DNA of 63,322 bases, the filler included, from Choristocarpus tenellus KU-1152 (Eukaryota; Protista; Phaeophyceae): the NCBI GenBank assembly GCA_964200185.2. It is 8 parts of 8 records of this genome, joined end to end, with 100 filler letters (N's around TTAATTAATTAA, not from the genome) between each part and the next. Parts side by side here need not be neighbours in the genome. Positions count along the whole stretch, not along the records: positions 1 to 4,676 come from CAXNAD020013505.1; positions 4,777 to 16,703 come from CAXNAD020002066.1; 6 more parts are not named here. The stretch is one strand, 5' to 3'. A program made the position numbers and the translations under genes. Below are positions 1-14,000 of this stretch, one piece after another. The notes below the pieces were generated by a model. That model saw only the letters and a program-made list of their open reading frames with translations, did no database searches and had not been told where the DNA came from. The first letter of the stretch is position 1. Each line of letters starts with the position of its first letter.

Positions 1-176
1 CCATCCTCAATGAAAAGCTCCATCCTCAATTTTTGAAATCGGCTGTTTACTCAAGAAGTTGAACATAATTAGTGTGGGAGTGCTTTTTCATGCACTATAC
101 TTGCGATAGAGCCACCTTCCAACTAAGGTATAAAGTGCCCTTCTTTGAAGTACCACCTCAAGGTCTGTTGCCTCAT

Positions 177-438
177 CAGCCAAAGCATTTAAGAGGGTAG
201 GAGTTTTGCCCTGTTTGTCCGTTTGGGGCTTGGTTTCTCATGGGTTTTTTATGCCCTTTTTTCGGTTTTCGGTGTGAACACAGTTATATAAAATGTATAC
301 GACTATGAAAGGTGTGTCCAGAGCAAGGATATTGTCACTACTTGCTAACAAACAAAACAGCCAAAATTCATCAAAATCGCATCATTGGATTTAGGACCCT
401 GAACAGACGCGTCCATACCCTCTTAGATGCCTTGGCTC
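177..438. mobile_element. MITE family A copy (~260 bp, ~20-bp TIRs)
   Basis: Ends CAGCCAAAGCATTTAAGAGGGTA ... TACCCTCTTAGATGCCTTGGCTC; interior alignable to copies at 6746, 13292 and 60732. Confidence 0.85.
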
Positions 439-1549
439 CTTATGACATCAGTACTTGAAGTCATTATCGGGTGATTTGAGTGGAGCTTACAAACCCCTCT
501 CATTCACTTTCCTGAGTGACCTTCTGAGGGTTACTCATCCTCCTGCCTTCTCTCTCTCCATTCCCTTCCTCCTACTATGCGTCTTCCCGCTCTCCTCCAG
601 TCTGAAGAACATGTCTGCCCGATTCCGACTGTTTCACATATTTGGCAATGGATTTTTTCTACTCTTTATGTAGATGTGTGCTACATTTTTCTTTCTCGTT
701 GTTCTCACTGCCATAATTGTATTTATACTATATACATTTCCTGTATCATGTTTACTGCTCTTTACGACATTTGGATTCAATTTTGCATGGGTGTTTTAAA
801 CTAAGGTTGTATTCCATAATAGATTCATAGACGTTACTGTACGATGAGAGATATGTGTCCTCTTGTAGCATGACAGGGCAAATTCGTACACCAAGATGGC
901 GATCATGGAGGCAATTGAGGAGGCAGGACCGGATGACATTTTCATAGAGACCGAGCGGAGGAAGAACTTTGAAGTTTTATACACTCCTCTTCCGTCCATT
1001 CATAGAAATGCACAATTCAAAGTGAGATTAGACTAATATTAAGGGCACAATGAAAAATAGTGAAATAGTGAGGTAAACCGCGTCAATTCGTTACTTCTAA
1101 TTGAAGCAATTGGTGCTTCAAACACGAGTGGGTAGGTATATCCTTTATCCACCCTTCACTCCTTTGCTGAGTGACATCCTGGCTCTGTCCTGCCTTAGCT
1201 GTCAGCATCCAAGACAAACTACAGCAAGCACAACATGAAAGCACAGAAAGATCAAAACACCCTAACCCTTCGACATCACATACAACCTACAGTTGCAAAA
1301 ACCAAACAATTGTTATAGGCCACCACCAGCAGGATCTCAGAGCTGTCACATCCCCTCAAAGCAAGGGGCACCTCTCAAAACACCTCCATGATGGTACTCC
1401 TGCTCACTTCACTCCTCATTCCTCAACACGGACTACAAGCAAGATGGGCAAGACCGCCAAGTCATCCCTATCGCTCAAGCAGGGCGGGACTTGTCATACA
1501 ACAAAGATTGCTCTACAGGCGCACATAGTACACAAGGAAGTCAAAACAA

Positions 1550-2370
1550 TTAGAAGACATGGATGGATGGTCGTCCCGGCTCTGCCAGGGCCTTCCTCTT
1601 GCTATCTCCTCCTTCTGCATCAGCGTCCAGCACCTCTAACGTCTCTACACCAAGTGAGTCACGCATGTAAGCAGTGTTTTCCTGTAGTACCGCCACCTGG
1701 TCAAAGGGAAGCGTTGCCTCCAAGGCCTGCAACCCAGTTCATCGAGGGGAAGGAGGAGAAGCAAACAATGGGTGTGACACTGAAAATCGTTCTTATTGCT
1801 ACAGAAATACTACTGCAATTGACTTCGTGCTTGCCACAGCACAGGGAAAGAACAGACACAGGCACATCTCTTGGTGTAGGGTTAGCATCACAATTGGGTT
1901 ACTCTTGCAGGGTCTCCGTAGATTGAAAACGCTTGTCTAAACACACATCAAACTCCCATCCAGAGGCTCCCCGCATCATCAAATCTCATGTAATCAATTC
2001 TTCAGGTACTACAGAACTCTCAGTTTGATACACACAAGCAAGCAAGCAATCAATTAGACATGGCAATTCCCCAATGCGAGACATCTACTGGTCTTCACAG
2101 TGATCACTTCCCATCTTTACAGAAGTGATCATGGACATGAGATGCTACAGGGATGCAAACAAAGCCTTCAGTCCTCATGAGCAATTTGAAATCACCATCT
2201 TTTACAAGCAATGTTGCCTAGGGTTAGGGATAAACACCATTGTTACATCCCACAAACATCTCACCTCTGGCCCAGCTGATTCAAACTCTCCCTTCACAAA
2301 GGATGCAAACTGCATTGCCGCCTGAGACCTCTTCTTGTCAAAGCCAACACTGCTTGCCCATGCCTAAACC

Positions 2371-2405
<35 letters not shown>

Positions 2406-4651
2406 CAGATTTAACCCCCTTCCGATTAGTACTATGACCTGACTGATTCATTCCACACCAACCTCTCAAACAGAGTGTGTAAAATATCTAACTCATTTTC
2501 TCACCGCCTTTAAAAAATGAAAAAAAGTAGCTTGTAGTGTGTAGTGTTCAAAACCGACAGGACCTAACAAAAAAAAACTCAACGATAGCAAGTTCCATCA
2601 TAAAGAGTACCTTCAAGAGACTAGGGTCAGATCATTCTTGTCAAACACAAATTGCTAAAAAAAAAAAAGTCATTGTCAAGTAGTTCTATCCCTACCAGGT
2701 AACAAATCAAAGAACAGAACAAACACAACTACTCACAGATACTCATGTTTCCTACACCCAGAAGCAGAACAGGATAAGTCTTTGCAACAAAAGTATACAA
2801 TCTGCTTGGTGTCGGGAGGACTACCGACTGATTCAGAAAATCAACAATTTCTACCCTACAGGAAATCGGTAGTGGGGTGGTATGATGGTATGTACTTACC
2901 GTGAACGGTACAAGCAATTCCAAAACACTGTCGCCAATAGTTTTCTTAGGTCTTACCACACTGTTCAATAAATAAAAAACTGGTTCCAACCCTTAAAGAG
3001 ACCTCCTATGCGTAAGGGGTTGTTCGTCTTTTCGGAGGGCTGCTCGCCTGCCCCTCACTTCCAAAAATCCAAGATTTAAAATGTAAAATAAAATCCAGTC
3101 GGTGAGAGAGGGCACAACGACATAAAAATTATTTTCTGACGGCAGAGGGTACACCCAAATACCGTCAACACTAGACTTGTCGCGATCAACAAGAGGTACT
3201 GCACACAATGGATACTGATACACAGAGACAGCAGATTTCCTTCTCTTCAATCACTACGTGGGAAAAGATCACTGGGAAGGGGCCCGGCATAAAATTTCAC
3301 CTCGTTGCCGTGGAGTGTGAGTCAGACGTAAGACAAGACGTTGGTGTCGTGTCGACTGTCTGTTTGAACAAAAACGGAAACTCATCTGCTGCAAGGAATG
3401 CCTTCATACGATTTATGAAACCCCTTACATCCTCTTCGGAAAAGCAGTTACCTAGTGACAGCACTGTCTAACCCTGACCCTAATTGACTCCTGGATCTCT
3501 AGGAAGTGCAGTAAAAAATGTTTTTATCGCGCCTTCGAGGTTTTATGAATAGAACAACTAAAAAATGAGTCAAAAAAGGAAAATGTCTTCAACATCTCCT
3601 CCGAATCTTAAAAAAGAGAAGAAAAAAACTATGGAGGGTAGTTGGGGCCCTCAAAATTACAAGCCTTCAGGATAGGGTTAGGGTGGGTCCATCCTAACGC
3701 ACTCACCTTGATGGTCTTCATCACATCAGGGGCAAAAGAGCCACCACTCTCTTCCAAGCACAACCTCAGCTTGGCCAGGGTGTCCTGCTTCCACTGGGGG
3801 TATGCATGGGCCACATAGATGTGGGCTCCTGTGAAGCCTGTCTTTGTCTGATGTGATGTGATGTGGGGGGTGGAGAGTGAATTAATATCCATTCAACAGT
3901 GTTGTTTTCTCAATGTGGAAATGAAAAGGTGGAAGAGGGTTAGGGTTTGATGTCTTAAACCCTAACCCTATGTTGGTCCATGCGTTGACACAATTCTTAC
4001 TGTAAATACATCTCTCTCTCTCTCTATATATATATTTCTAATTTATTACTAGCATTAGCAGTGTACTTTCCATATCATTTATTGTAGTACTGTATACTAT
4101 ACAAGTACTGCACAATATGTGGGAAAACCGGATGATATCAAAAAGTACATAACATTGACTCAATCACGACCACGTCACAGGCTTGAAAATATACAGGAGT
4201 ACAACAAAGACACAAAGACACACACATGCGCGCGCGCGCGCACCATATCAAGTATTCACGTAACCAAAAATATGGTACACAGAGAGCATCTACAACACCA
4301 GCCAAGAAAACATACAACACGAACCTCAAACACAACCCTCTCAGACAAGTACTACATATTCAAATGGGGGTACACACAGTCTGTACCTGAACCTGTACCA
4401 CACAGTGGTACTCCTTCAAAGTACACAGGAACAAAGACTATCTATGACAGTACCACAAAGTACCGCACCAAGTTACGCCAATAAAAAAAAAGGTGAACTC
4501 TTTTTTTTATTTTATTGTTTACTGTTTTTATCATGTACCTTTTCCACACTGAGGCGGAACACACGTAGGGTCTTCATCAAGAACTGGAACGATCTCGACA
4601 GCCAGGTATCCACTTCCCCTGCCTCCGGCCAGGTTGCCTTGAGCACACTCC
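1550..4651 (-). CDS. LARS1: Cytosolic leucyl-tRNA synthetase, 3' part (exons 4651-4539, 3847-3707, 2363-2265, 1726-1550); 5' part lost at contig end
   Basis: Phase-consistent GT-AG exons give GSVLKATWPEAGEVDTWLSRSFQFLMKTLRVFRL / GAHIYVAHAYPQWKQDTL / AAMQFASFVKGEFESAGPE / ALEATLPFDQVAVLQENTAYMRDSLG...AEPGRPSIHVF*, matching the recognisable C-terminus of eukaryotic cytosolic LeuRS. Confidence 0.9.
2371..2401. repeat. (ACAG)n microsatellite next to a LeuRS acceptor site
   Basis: Direct reading: acagacagacag... Confidence 0.9.
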
Positions 4652-4676
4652 CTAGGAAAGAGTCACCCCCCCCCCC

Positions 4677-4776
4677 NNNNNNNNNNNNNNNNNNNNNNNN
4701 NNNNNNNNNNNNNNNNNNNNTTAATTAATTAANNNNNNNNNNNNNNNNNNNNNNNNNNNNNNNNNNNNNNNNNNNN
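4677..4776. other. Artificial contig linker (N44-TTAATTAATTAA-N44); same at 16704-16803, 23995-24094, 28256-28355, 36458-36557, 41494-41593, 59446-59545
   Basis: Identical 100-bp spacer with stops in all six frames; genes are truncated at these points. Confidence 0.97.
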
Positions 4777-4899
4777 CCCCCCCCCAGATATTTTGATCCT
4801 TTCGTTGCACTATGATACCCTTCGTCACGAACTAGACACAGTACAAAAATGCACAATACATACGAACTCAGGTTTCAACGCATGTTGCGGTTGTGCAGA

Positions 4900-5760
4900 T
4901 TTAGACTCCTGTTCGTATCAGTATGGAAGAAGAGAGAAGAAAGAGATGGGGGCCTCACACGGTTCCCCATTGCTGAATATAATCACATGGTTGAAAATAA
5001 AGAGTGATGTATTTTAGATGATGGGGCTGTGTTTAGCACCTGTTGTTTCTCGAAAGAATCACTAAAAGGAAACACTTATATAGTGTTCCCAGAAAACTCC
5101 ATCACGGAGATAGAAAAATGTCCCGAACATGTGGTCTTTCAATCAATGACTTGTAAATAAATAACCCGCTAAGACATGAACCGTTTGTCCCGGATGCTTT
5201 CGGTTACATATTACCGAAATTCATACCTTATTCTGTACACTCCCCTATGAGAGTTGACGTAAGAGAGTACAGATTGCTTTCAACGCCACACACTACATTC
5301 ACATCTTATCAAAACAGTGTCTACGAGGTCTTCTACCTGCTTCTTCCGTAGTCTCTTTGTTAAAATGCCAGCAAGTTGTAGTCCAGTAGGTATAGCTTCA
5401 CTACAAAAATTCCTTGATTTACGTACTCTCTTGTGCAGTTCGACCTGATGTCCACATACATCGTTCTTCCATTGAACTCCACTGTTGTCGCTGCTTGTAT
5501 TGCGCTTGGGGTATCCCCATACCAAGTCGTAATCCCCTGTTGTATGTCAAGCTCCCCAAGGATTGCTCTGATGAATATCGTAACATGAAGAGCTCTAGAT
5601 CCTCCAAAGTTCTAGAAACAAATATTCCTTGTAACTTCAAAAGAAGTTTCAAGAAGATAGAACTTGCTCTTTTCCTATCATTGGAATTGATTCTGCTGCA
5701 AGAACAGGTGACATGCTGAGGAAATACCATTTTTTCGCAATTCAGCGGATTTCCCGTGTA
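4900..5760 (-). mobile_element. Degenerate Ty1/Copia pol end (RNase H), PPT and start of 3' LTR
   Basis: Frameshifted minus-strand peptides IFIRAILGELDIQQ..., AIQAATTVEFNGRTMYVDIR..TREYVNQG (cf. RTKHIDIR) and QLAGILTK (cf. ADILTK), followed by a purine run AGGGGAG and TG at 5239. The far LTR boundary is approximate. Confidence 0.75.
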
Positions 5761-6745
5761 TCATACTTGATTGGTAGGGAATAGATACTATGCAGCAATA
5801 TCACTATAGTTTTGTATATTCAACAAAGCGCAATGATAGTATCAGTGTCATATACTGTAAGGGGATAGATTTCCTTGATCAAGGGTGAGTTGAGCGTTAG
5901 TTAACTATGTCTAGCAGCAACGTATACAACACTTTGCGGAGTTGAACAATGAGAATATCAAGATGACACGAAGTATATTGTAGGAACATTTTTTGGGGAT
6001 GTTGTCGTCGGGTGTCCCTCGTTCACAAACAACAGCCAAGGATTCTGTACGTTGTGTTCACTACTTCTAGGCATCCACTACTGAGCAAGCCATCATGGGC
6101 CCAGCCTATCCCTAGAAACACATTGTAAATACATTTAAGAGTAGTGTCGTGGATCATACTTGGATGTGTTCTGGAACGCAAATAGATATACTGGAGTAAC
6201 ATGCGCATGTACTTCAAGGTATAGAATAATATGTTCGTACGTAATTATTTTTGTTATTGTTATTTCAAATAGGGAAGAGAGCACTATATTGATATTGTAT
6301 GACTCATTTAATTATTATTCAAGACATCTAGAAGCAAGGTTAATTATGTAACACAGTTGGTGCGTCGGAATATATCCACGACAACAGCAACAATGATAAT
6401 AGCAAGAGGTTTACTGAGTATGCAGGTGCCCAACTAAACAAAGACACCTCACTCATATTTTCTATTGTGCGCAACATATTCTGTACTTATTTCTGTCATT
6501 TTATAGGGTAGGGTTATTTCCATAATTTTAATAATATATGAGTTGGGGTACCCCTATAAACTTGGACACCTGTTACTAATATACCTCCTCCAACGAAAAT
6601 TGCAAAGAAAAATAAAGTTTGGTGACCATTCCATACAACCTAAAGGGAATGGTAGGTTTGCCCCTTTCCCTCAGTTATTCAGGTACTGCCTTCCCATGAT
6701 GGCCACAGGCAAGTGTGTAGGTATCTCCCGAGCTTCTCATACCGG

Positions 6746-7005
6746 GACCCACAGCATTTAAAAGGGCAGGAGTGTTTTGGCCTGTTAGTCTGCTCGGGGC
6801 TTTGCTTCCCATGGGTTTTTCATGCCCTTTTTGGGTTTTCTGTGTGAACACTGTTACCTAAAATGTATAGGACCATGAAAGTTGTTATTGGAGCAAGGAT
6901 ATAGACACTTGCTAACAAAAACAATAGCAAAAATCCATCAAAGTCGCAACATTGGATATATGACCCCGAACGGACGCTGCCCTACCCTGATAAATGCTTT
7001 GGTTC
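6746..7005. mobile_element. MITE family A copy
   Basis: GACCCACAGCATTTAAAAGGG ... CCCTGATAAATGCTTTGGTTC; interior homologous to 177-438. Confidence 0.8.
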
Positions 7006-7254
7006 CGACATGGTCTACACCATGGCTGTCTGGAACGTTCTTTCCCTGGATCTTTTGGAGAATCCATTACACGCAGCTGCCCTTGAGATGTATTTTCTTC
7101 TTATTCGCCTGTCCACCCCTACTATTAGTTCCTGGTATGACCAATACGTATACTATGTTGAGATATCATTGGCAAGAATGGAAAAAGACGTGCTAGAGTG
7201 ACACCCAAGTGGACAGATACTACCTTTTTGGAAGACATCATTCAGTGCAAGTGG

Positions 7255-7580
7255 GATATGTGAAGCCGATGAGTTCAAATAGTCTTGCAGCTGAGATCCT
7301 GAAGCTTGGCCTAAAGGAGGACGAGGCTATCCTACAGAGTTTTCTCGAGATTGTGTTGGCTGTGTGGGATAAATAAAGTTGTGCGAAGGGTTTGAAGGAT
7401 ATGGTCAACACAGTTCTCCTTAAAAGTGATAGGACAGATTGTGGTAACTACAGGGGCATCTCATTGTTGTCACACAATGCAAAAGTACTCCTGAATGTTC
7501 TTGCTTGACGGCTGGGAGATTTCCTGAAACAGGAGAACATTATCCATGACGAACAGCTTGGTTTCCGATCACAATGCTCC
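7255..7580 (+). mobile_element. Non-LTR retrotransposon (LINE, RTE-like) reverse transcriptase fragment, pseudogenised
   Basis: LAAEILKLG...KSDRTDCGNYRGISLLSHNAKVLLNVLA*RL...IHDEQLGFRSQCS: classic LINE RT N-terminal motifs (NYRGISLL, EQxGFR) with in-frame stops. Confidence 0.88.
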
Positions 7581-8005
7581 AGATAGACTGGATTAAACCA
7601 AAATTGGGTGCCACATGCTACCTGGTATTCTGCACACGCCTGGACTGTGACTTTTTATTATGAGAGTGATATGACCCTTTTGAGTCAATCCGAAGCCTCA
7701 AATCCACGAGTTCAAACTTGATCTGCTTGTTACACAGAATATTAGAACTGCTCTCATGTCGGTCAACTCAACTAATCTGTTCACACGACATCTATTAGCT
7801 TGTAGCATGCAATTGCTTCCGATTATCAAAAGGAATGGTGCCTGGTCCCTGTATCAACAGAATAGAGGAGCTATGTGACTTGAAGTTGAGTTTAGATCAC
7901 CAATCAGTGAATTCACTAGATGACATGCAGCAAAAAAAGAATAAAACTCATGTCCACATTTCAACATATCCTGAGCCAAGATCCAGCAACATCTCAGTTG
8001 CGCTC

Positions 8006-11000
8006 TCATATGCCTTGTAGCACCCTCTTGGCATTGCAGTCGTCCAACATGGGGAGAGGAATGTAGGGTTGTGTCGCCTCAGTCCTCGCCTGGGCTGCCA
8101 TTTCATATCCCGGGTCTACCATAAGTGCATCATCAAAATCCTTGACAGCCTTGCTCCATAGTCGCATAGATGCATAGGTCCTACCCCTCAAGGTCAAGGC
8201 CATAGGCGAATTTTCTAAGAGTATGGACTGACTGAGATCATCTACTGCCCCCTGCCAACTCTTTGGCCGACATTGCCGCCATGTATCCAACCCCCACCCA
8301 ACCAGCATCACCATGTTGTAGCCAATCATCACCACGCCCAGGTTGGCACAGGGGACCAAGGTTGAATTGTGTTGAGTAAAGCAAGTGCATATGTATATCG
8401 CCCAAGAGGGTAGGGAGGGAGATGTGAGGGAAAAGCTGGATTCAAGGTTTTTGCTGTCTGAGAGGGAGGAGAGTAGAGCACTCTCAATGGTTACATGGGA
8501 TTACAGTATGTGCTCCAAATATCTCAAGCATAGACGTTATGTTCTACCCATAGAATATCACACTTGATAAGGATATGTAGTTCGACAGAATCGAATTCTT
8601 TATTCTACTACATTTTAGCCTTATTCTCTACTGCATGGTGGTTCCGTATGATTTGTTCACTCCCATCACAACTCCAAGGGAAGGCCAGGTCTACAGACTA
8701 CATACTTCGAACTCAGCGTGAAGTACACTAAAGAGTCACACAAAAATGTAGGCAAAGTTCAGCCACTGTACTACTATTGTGATCACAGTTGCCTCATACC
8801 ACAACCTCTTTGCGTGATAAGGTTCGATTGAGGAAGTCCAGAATTCATAAAAAACTATATAAAACGTTATTTCACAATGAACTTACTTGGAGTGAGTGGA
8901 GCAACAGGAAATCGGATCTGAAACATTTGACCTAGCACATCAAAGTCAAGCAGTTCAATTGGGAAGATGCCCAACACGTGTGAATAATATGGACAACTGG
9001 GTTATCGGCATTTCAGTTGTGTCAGGCCATTTAAAAGCTATTTTTTCAAAACTATTGCTATGGGCACAAGGGTCATGTAAATACACGGGCAAGAATATTG
9101 TTTGTGTTTGAACCTCATTAATGTGTTGCTGATTGGCTTTCAGAATACTCCCAATGCCTCTAGATTGTGAAATTCTGGTACCAAGAAGCACCACATATTA
9201 TCGGAAAGAGAAAATATCAATATATAACTTAAATCATGGGCTTTCAATTTCCATTTTGTTTTGTGTGGTAAATGATGTTGCATCCATGGTATGGATCGAT
9301 TATCACAAAATCGTAGATCAGAATATATAGATATTTAATAGGTTGAACCAGATGTTAAGTAAATTTACAGTGCGGGCAGTTTTTTATCAGATTTTAACAG
9401 AACACTAAGCAAGCTTTTTTTGATATATCAGTAATTTTTTTACTCATACTACCTCTCAAAAAATACCAAACACATCTTTTTTCACAAGGCGAACTGCAAC
9501 CACTGTCATAGCCCATGAGTTTAGAATTTGTACATAATAGAGTGGACAAGGCCATAGTGGAAGGTGGATCTCATGTCATAATACATAATAAATACACAGT
9601 GAAGGCAAGTAGGTCGGAATTTCACAGCAGATCAAGGTCCATGTAGGTTCAAAGCAAGGGAAAAAAACTGCTCACATGGACTTCTTCTAGTTCATCTATT
9701 TACTTTGTCCAAGAAACGTTTGAAGACAGTTCCAAAAGAAGTCTCACACCTGATAGTGATAATATACTGCCAACATCAGGCTATATAAGAATATATATTT
9801 TTGATCACCACAAGTATCCTTTGTGAACCATGTGCACATGCAATCTAAGTGTATCGCATACCAAGATCAATTGGATGAATGTGGTGCAAGACAATGACAA
9901 GCGTTTATGTGAACATTGGTCATGATGTACAACACCGAAATAAATTATCCTCATTGAGTTGTGGAAGATGCTGATATTGTGTCTTCATCAATCTAAAGAT
10001 CTGGTATCCGCTCCCCCTCCCACTCATGATGAGTCATACCACCCAGTATTTGCATCAGTTGAGGTTTAATATCAGGTAGATTTAAGCTTTTGAAGCTTAG
10101 AAGGGGAGAGGATCGCCCCAGTAGAGTGCAGGTAATGGATATGGGGCTGTAGCAAGTTTGGCATGTAAGGTCACTGCTCCTTAGCATGAATCAAATTCAG
10201 CACATCCAATGTGTTGTGTGTAGCAGGTGTACTACAGTTTTGAGGTGCTTAGAGTTTACTTGATTGCACCAGTATCTGCACAATCACTGTGTAGCCGTTG
10301 GTAGGACAGATTGTCTTCAACACCTCGGGGATAGCACATACATTACAGCTGGTACATCAACTTCACAGTTCGGAGAGGGTTAGGCCAAGACGCTGCCACC
10401 TGCCACGCCCCACGTTCCACAACCCCATGTACACTGCCTGAGTCTTGTTGGGTCAAGGACGGTAGCCTAAAAGGCAAAGTGTATTGTGAAACCTCAGCAG
10501 GTGTAACTGGCAGATGCTACAACTTGCCATACATGGAGAGGAGTCTGAGACTACAGCCAATGAACTATTGCAAGTCCAAGCATCAGATCTTCAACAGAGA
10601 CCTTGCTGATGAATAATTCACGGTGGGGTTGTATTTCATCACTGAAACAAGCTGCAAGCAATTGATCTGTGATGATCTCCACCACACTCATGACATTGAT
10701 TTTGATGACTCCAACCACCAGCGCCACGCTGTGTTGCTTGCAAATTACGCTTTTGATGAAAATGTCATCTCATGTCCGCCTCACTAAGAATATCCAATAT
10801 GGTTGTACTTTGAAGTAACTCGTATATGGTGGGAAATATAAATTGTTAACAGTCCATGATCCATACCTCAAGATGGTAATGTTTGACTTCAAGGCCAAGT
10901 TAGGTCTGCATGATCCCCAACACAACACCAAGGTCCGTACCATGTTAGAAGTTATAAATATGCTACATGTTACGATATGGAATCATGCTAGTGAAATAAA

Positions 11001-14000
11001 ATATATTTTGTCGTCTATTATTCTGTAAAAATATGATCAAACTGCATACCCTACTTGGATGCATACAGTTCGCAGAATATGGGAACACTCTTATGCCTTA
11101 CCTGTGTACAGCAATGGGCGCATGCCCTTCTGAGGTAGTCGCCAGCATCAACAACTTCCGCCTGATCAATGATAATAGAGAAATCATACATGGCTCCGCT
11201 GTAGTTGTCTACCTGAAAAAATTGTAGACAAAGTCAAGCGTGGGGAGCACAAAAGTGCGTGCTTTCAAATAACAGGTATCTCATTATTTGAGGATATGGA
11301 GCAGATGTGTTGGTTTCATAAACTTGACTCAGTGCATCATGAAGTGGATTTTGGGGGAACACAGCATGGCTGAATACTGCCCACGGTTGGTAGTAGGTCA
11401 TCTTTCTCCTTCCACAAACAAAACTTGCCAGGCTGATGGAGGAAATGCTTTGAAGCACCAGGTCTTGGAGGGGACTCACATTTAAGTATGCATATCCCCG
11501 CAAGAAATACCAGTCCTTAACCTGTATGGTTGTGGGTACATTAGGAAAGGTTCACGATAATCCTGACACTTGATACAGAAGGTCTGTACATCTTTGGGGA
11601 TGCTCCACAAATATTTCTCACACACATCTGAATACCTATTTGGAGTGAGGGCATTTACTCATCTTCGACAGTTAGTCGTAAATATCCTGTGGGGAGAAAT
11701 TAGTCTACTGGTGAGTGAAGCCTTGATATGTGCTGGTTGTATGTTTTGTCCCTCTTTGTGTTTGTTGATTATTGTAAGATGATTAGCAATAGACTACCCT
11801 CACAAGGGTTCTTCGGGGATTTACGCTATCACTGTGGACGGATTTGATGTGTGCAGGGCTAGACAAATACAGCATGCTTCATGCATGTGTATGGGAAACG
11901 ATTTATTGAGAGATATATGTGGTCGCAATATAATGATGCTCTTGGCCATTAAACAATTTACTTTGTATATTACAATTAAAGTCTCGCCTATTTTTGTTCT
12001 TATTTTTTGTCAACCTTACTTCTGAAGCAAAAACTTTGTTTCTGAGGGGCCTCTACTGTGACAAAAGAGATGAATGCAGGGAGTATCGCACAGGGTTTTC
12101 AAAAGGCATGTATTAGAAGTAAAAGTTAAGAAAAGTATGAGCTCAGTTGGTATGACTCCGTATATGCAATCAATCAGGGTCGCCTTTCTATCACTAAAGT
12201 GATTGTGCACAAGATCCATTTCAAGGCTCTGGTGCTCGTGTCACTGTTAATTTCTCCCCTTGGTTTGTTTCGGAGGACCGTACCGGCAGTTCAATAATGA
12301 GATCACTGACTCTACACCTTTGCCTTATGTTCTTGCAATTAGATCATAACAAGTTATCCAGCTGTGTTGAGGATGATTTTGTTGTGTGCTCCACCGGAAT
12401 CGAACATTGATTTGAAAAAAAAAATGAAGCAGCATATTGTTTGTCAGGCACAGTTGACTTTCAGGGTGTAGTGGATGGGAACCTGCACAGGATATAACGT
12501 GAGGACTTCACTCCACACTACAATAGTAGGAAATAAAAATATTCTATGCTGACTAGTGATTGTGACTCAAGCTGTATTCAAGTTCTAGATTTAAAAATGA
12601 ACCACCACTGCTAATGATCACAAACGTGTGGATGTGGATATGTGAGTATTTGTAGATGTAATAAGGTGAGTGGATTCACTTCTTTGTCTGTCAGTAAAGG
12701 TAGCGAATACTGGTGTACTGGGGGGGAGTGTCCAATAGTTTGATGGCAAGGAGGCATACCTGCAGTGCAATGATGTGACATAGTAAGGAGATTAGGATCA
12801 AGAAGGAAGACCAAGGCATAAGTGTAGCCAATGGATATATGCTGTACATCAATGTTTGATGCCAGCAAAAATATGTCTCACATCCGGTGGGTTGAGTCTT
12901 ATTCCCTTTGATAGGTCCCTCTGAGCGTCATCCCATTGGCCAAGGCGAAGATACACCCTGGAAAGACAAAACAAATGCAAGAAAATATAGGGTATGAAGA
13001 AAACTAATCGAAGGCTTATGAAGAAACAACAGTAGGTGATGGCTGAGGGCTTGGTGCACAGATCCGTTTAAGAGCATGTGCTTGGTGTTGAATTTCCTTA
13101 TGTCCATTGAGTGCAGTTAGTCAAGAGCCCCAATAAAGGCGTGTGATGTGCATAGTCAACAACTGTAGCAATGACATTACCTTGATAACCATTCCAGCAC
13201 ACGCAAGCAACATGGTCCCAAGTTCGGATGGATGACAATTGGACAAAATCTGGCTCATGTGAATATATCTCAGCAAGATATACTATCATCAGAGTGTAAG
13301 TATCTTAGAGAGTACGAGTTTTGCCCTGTTTGTCCATTTGGGGCTTGGCTTCCCATGTTTTTTTTAATGGCATTTTCCTACTCCAAAGTGTTTCGGAGTA
13401 GGTAAACTGTATATGTTATGAAAAGGTGTGTCCGGAACAAGGATATTGACACTTTCTAACATGCATGATAGACAATTTTTCATCAAAATCGCAATATTGG
13501 ATCTTCGCCCTCAAATGGACGCGGCCCTACCCTCTAAGATACTTTGACTCTCAGTGCTCTAGAACGAATAAAAATGATGATATTGAGTTGGTATGAGAGA
13601 TTGGAGGGAAAATGCATCCATTCGCTAAATGTACCATGGAAGTCATTCTATTGAGGTTACATTGTTGCCTTTCTAGATGTCCCCTATCCACTTAATCTCC
13701 TACTTCTTCTTCTTCGTATAATCTTTGGCACAACTGGAGCACTAGAACAACTAATGGATTCTACAACTGTGCATTGAAGGAATTATCAATATCAACCACT
13801 TCCTGCACTATAGGGAAGAGGAAGAGGCAGCCAGTAAGTGTGTAAATTACTACTTTGTGTATCATATTACCGCTATGCCTCAAATTGAGGGAGACTTTGA
13901 CAGCCTTCTTTTGTCGTTCTGAGTGCCAGTTTGGCCGCTGCAGGCAAACATTGACTTCAGTGCTCATTAGTGCAAGAGATACAACAGAAGATCTACTAGA

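Noticed and set aside
1171-1926. 251-aa plus-strand ORF
   Set aside because: Antisense to the LeuRS last exon and UTR, non-ATG start, no recognisable domain.
4721-4732. Recurrent TTAATTAATTAA as a biological site (PacI site or piggyBac TSD)
   Set aside because: Always centred in identical N runs; an assembly concatenation linker.
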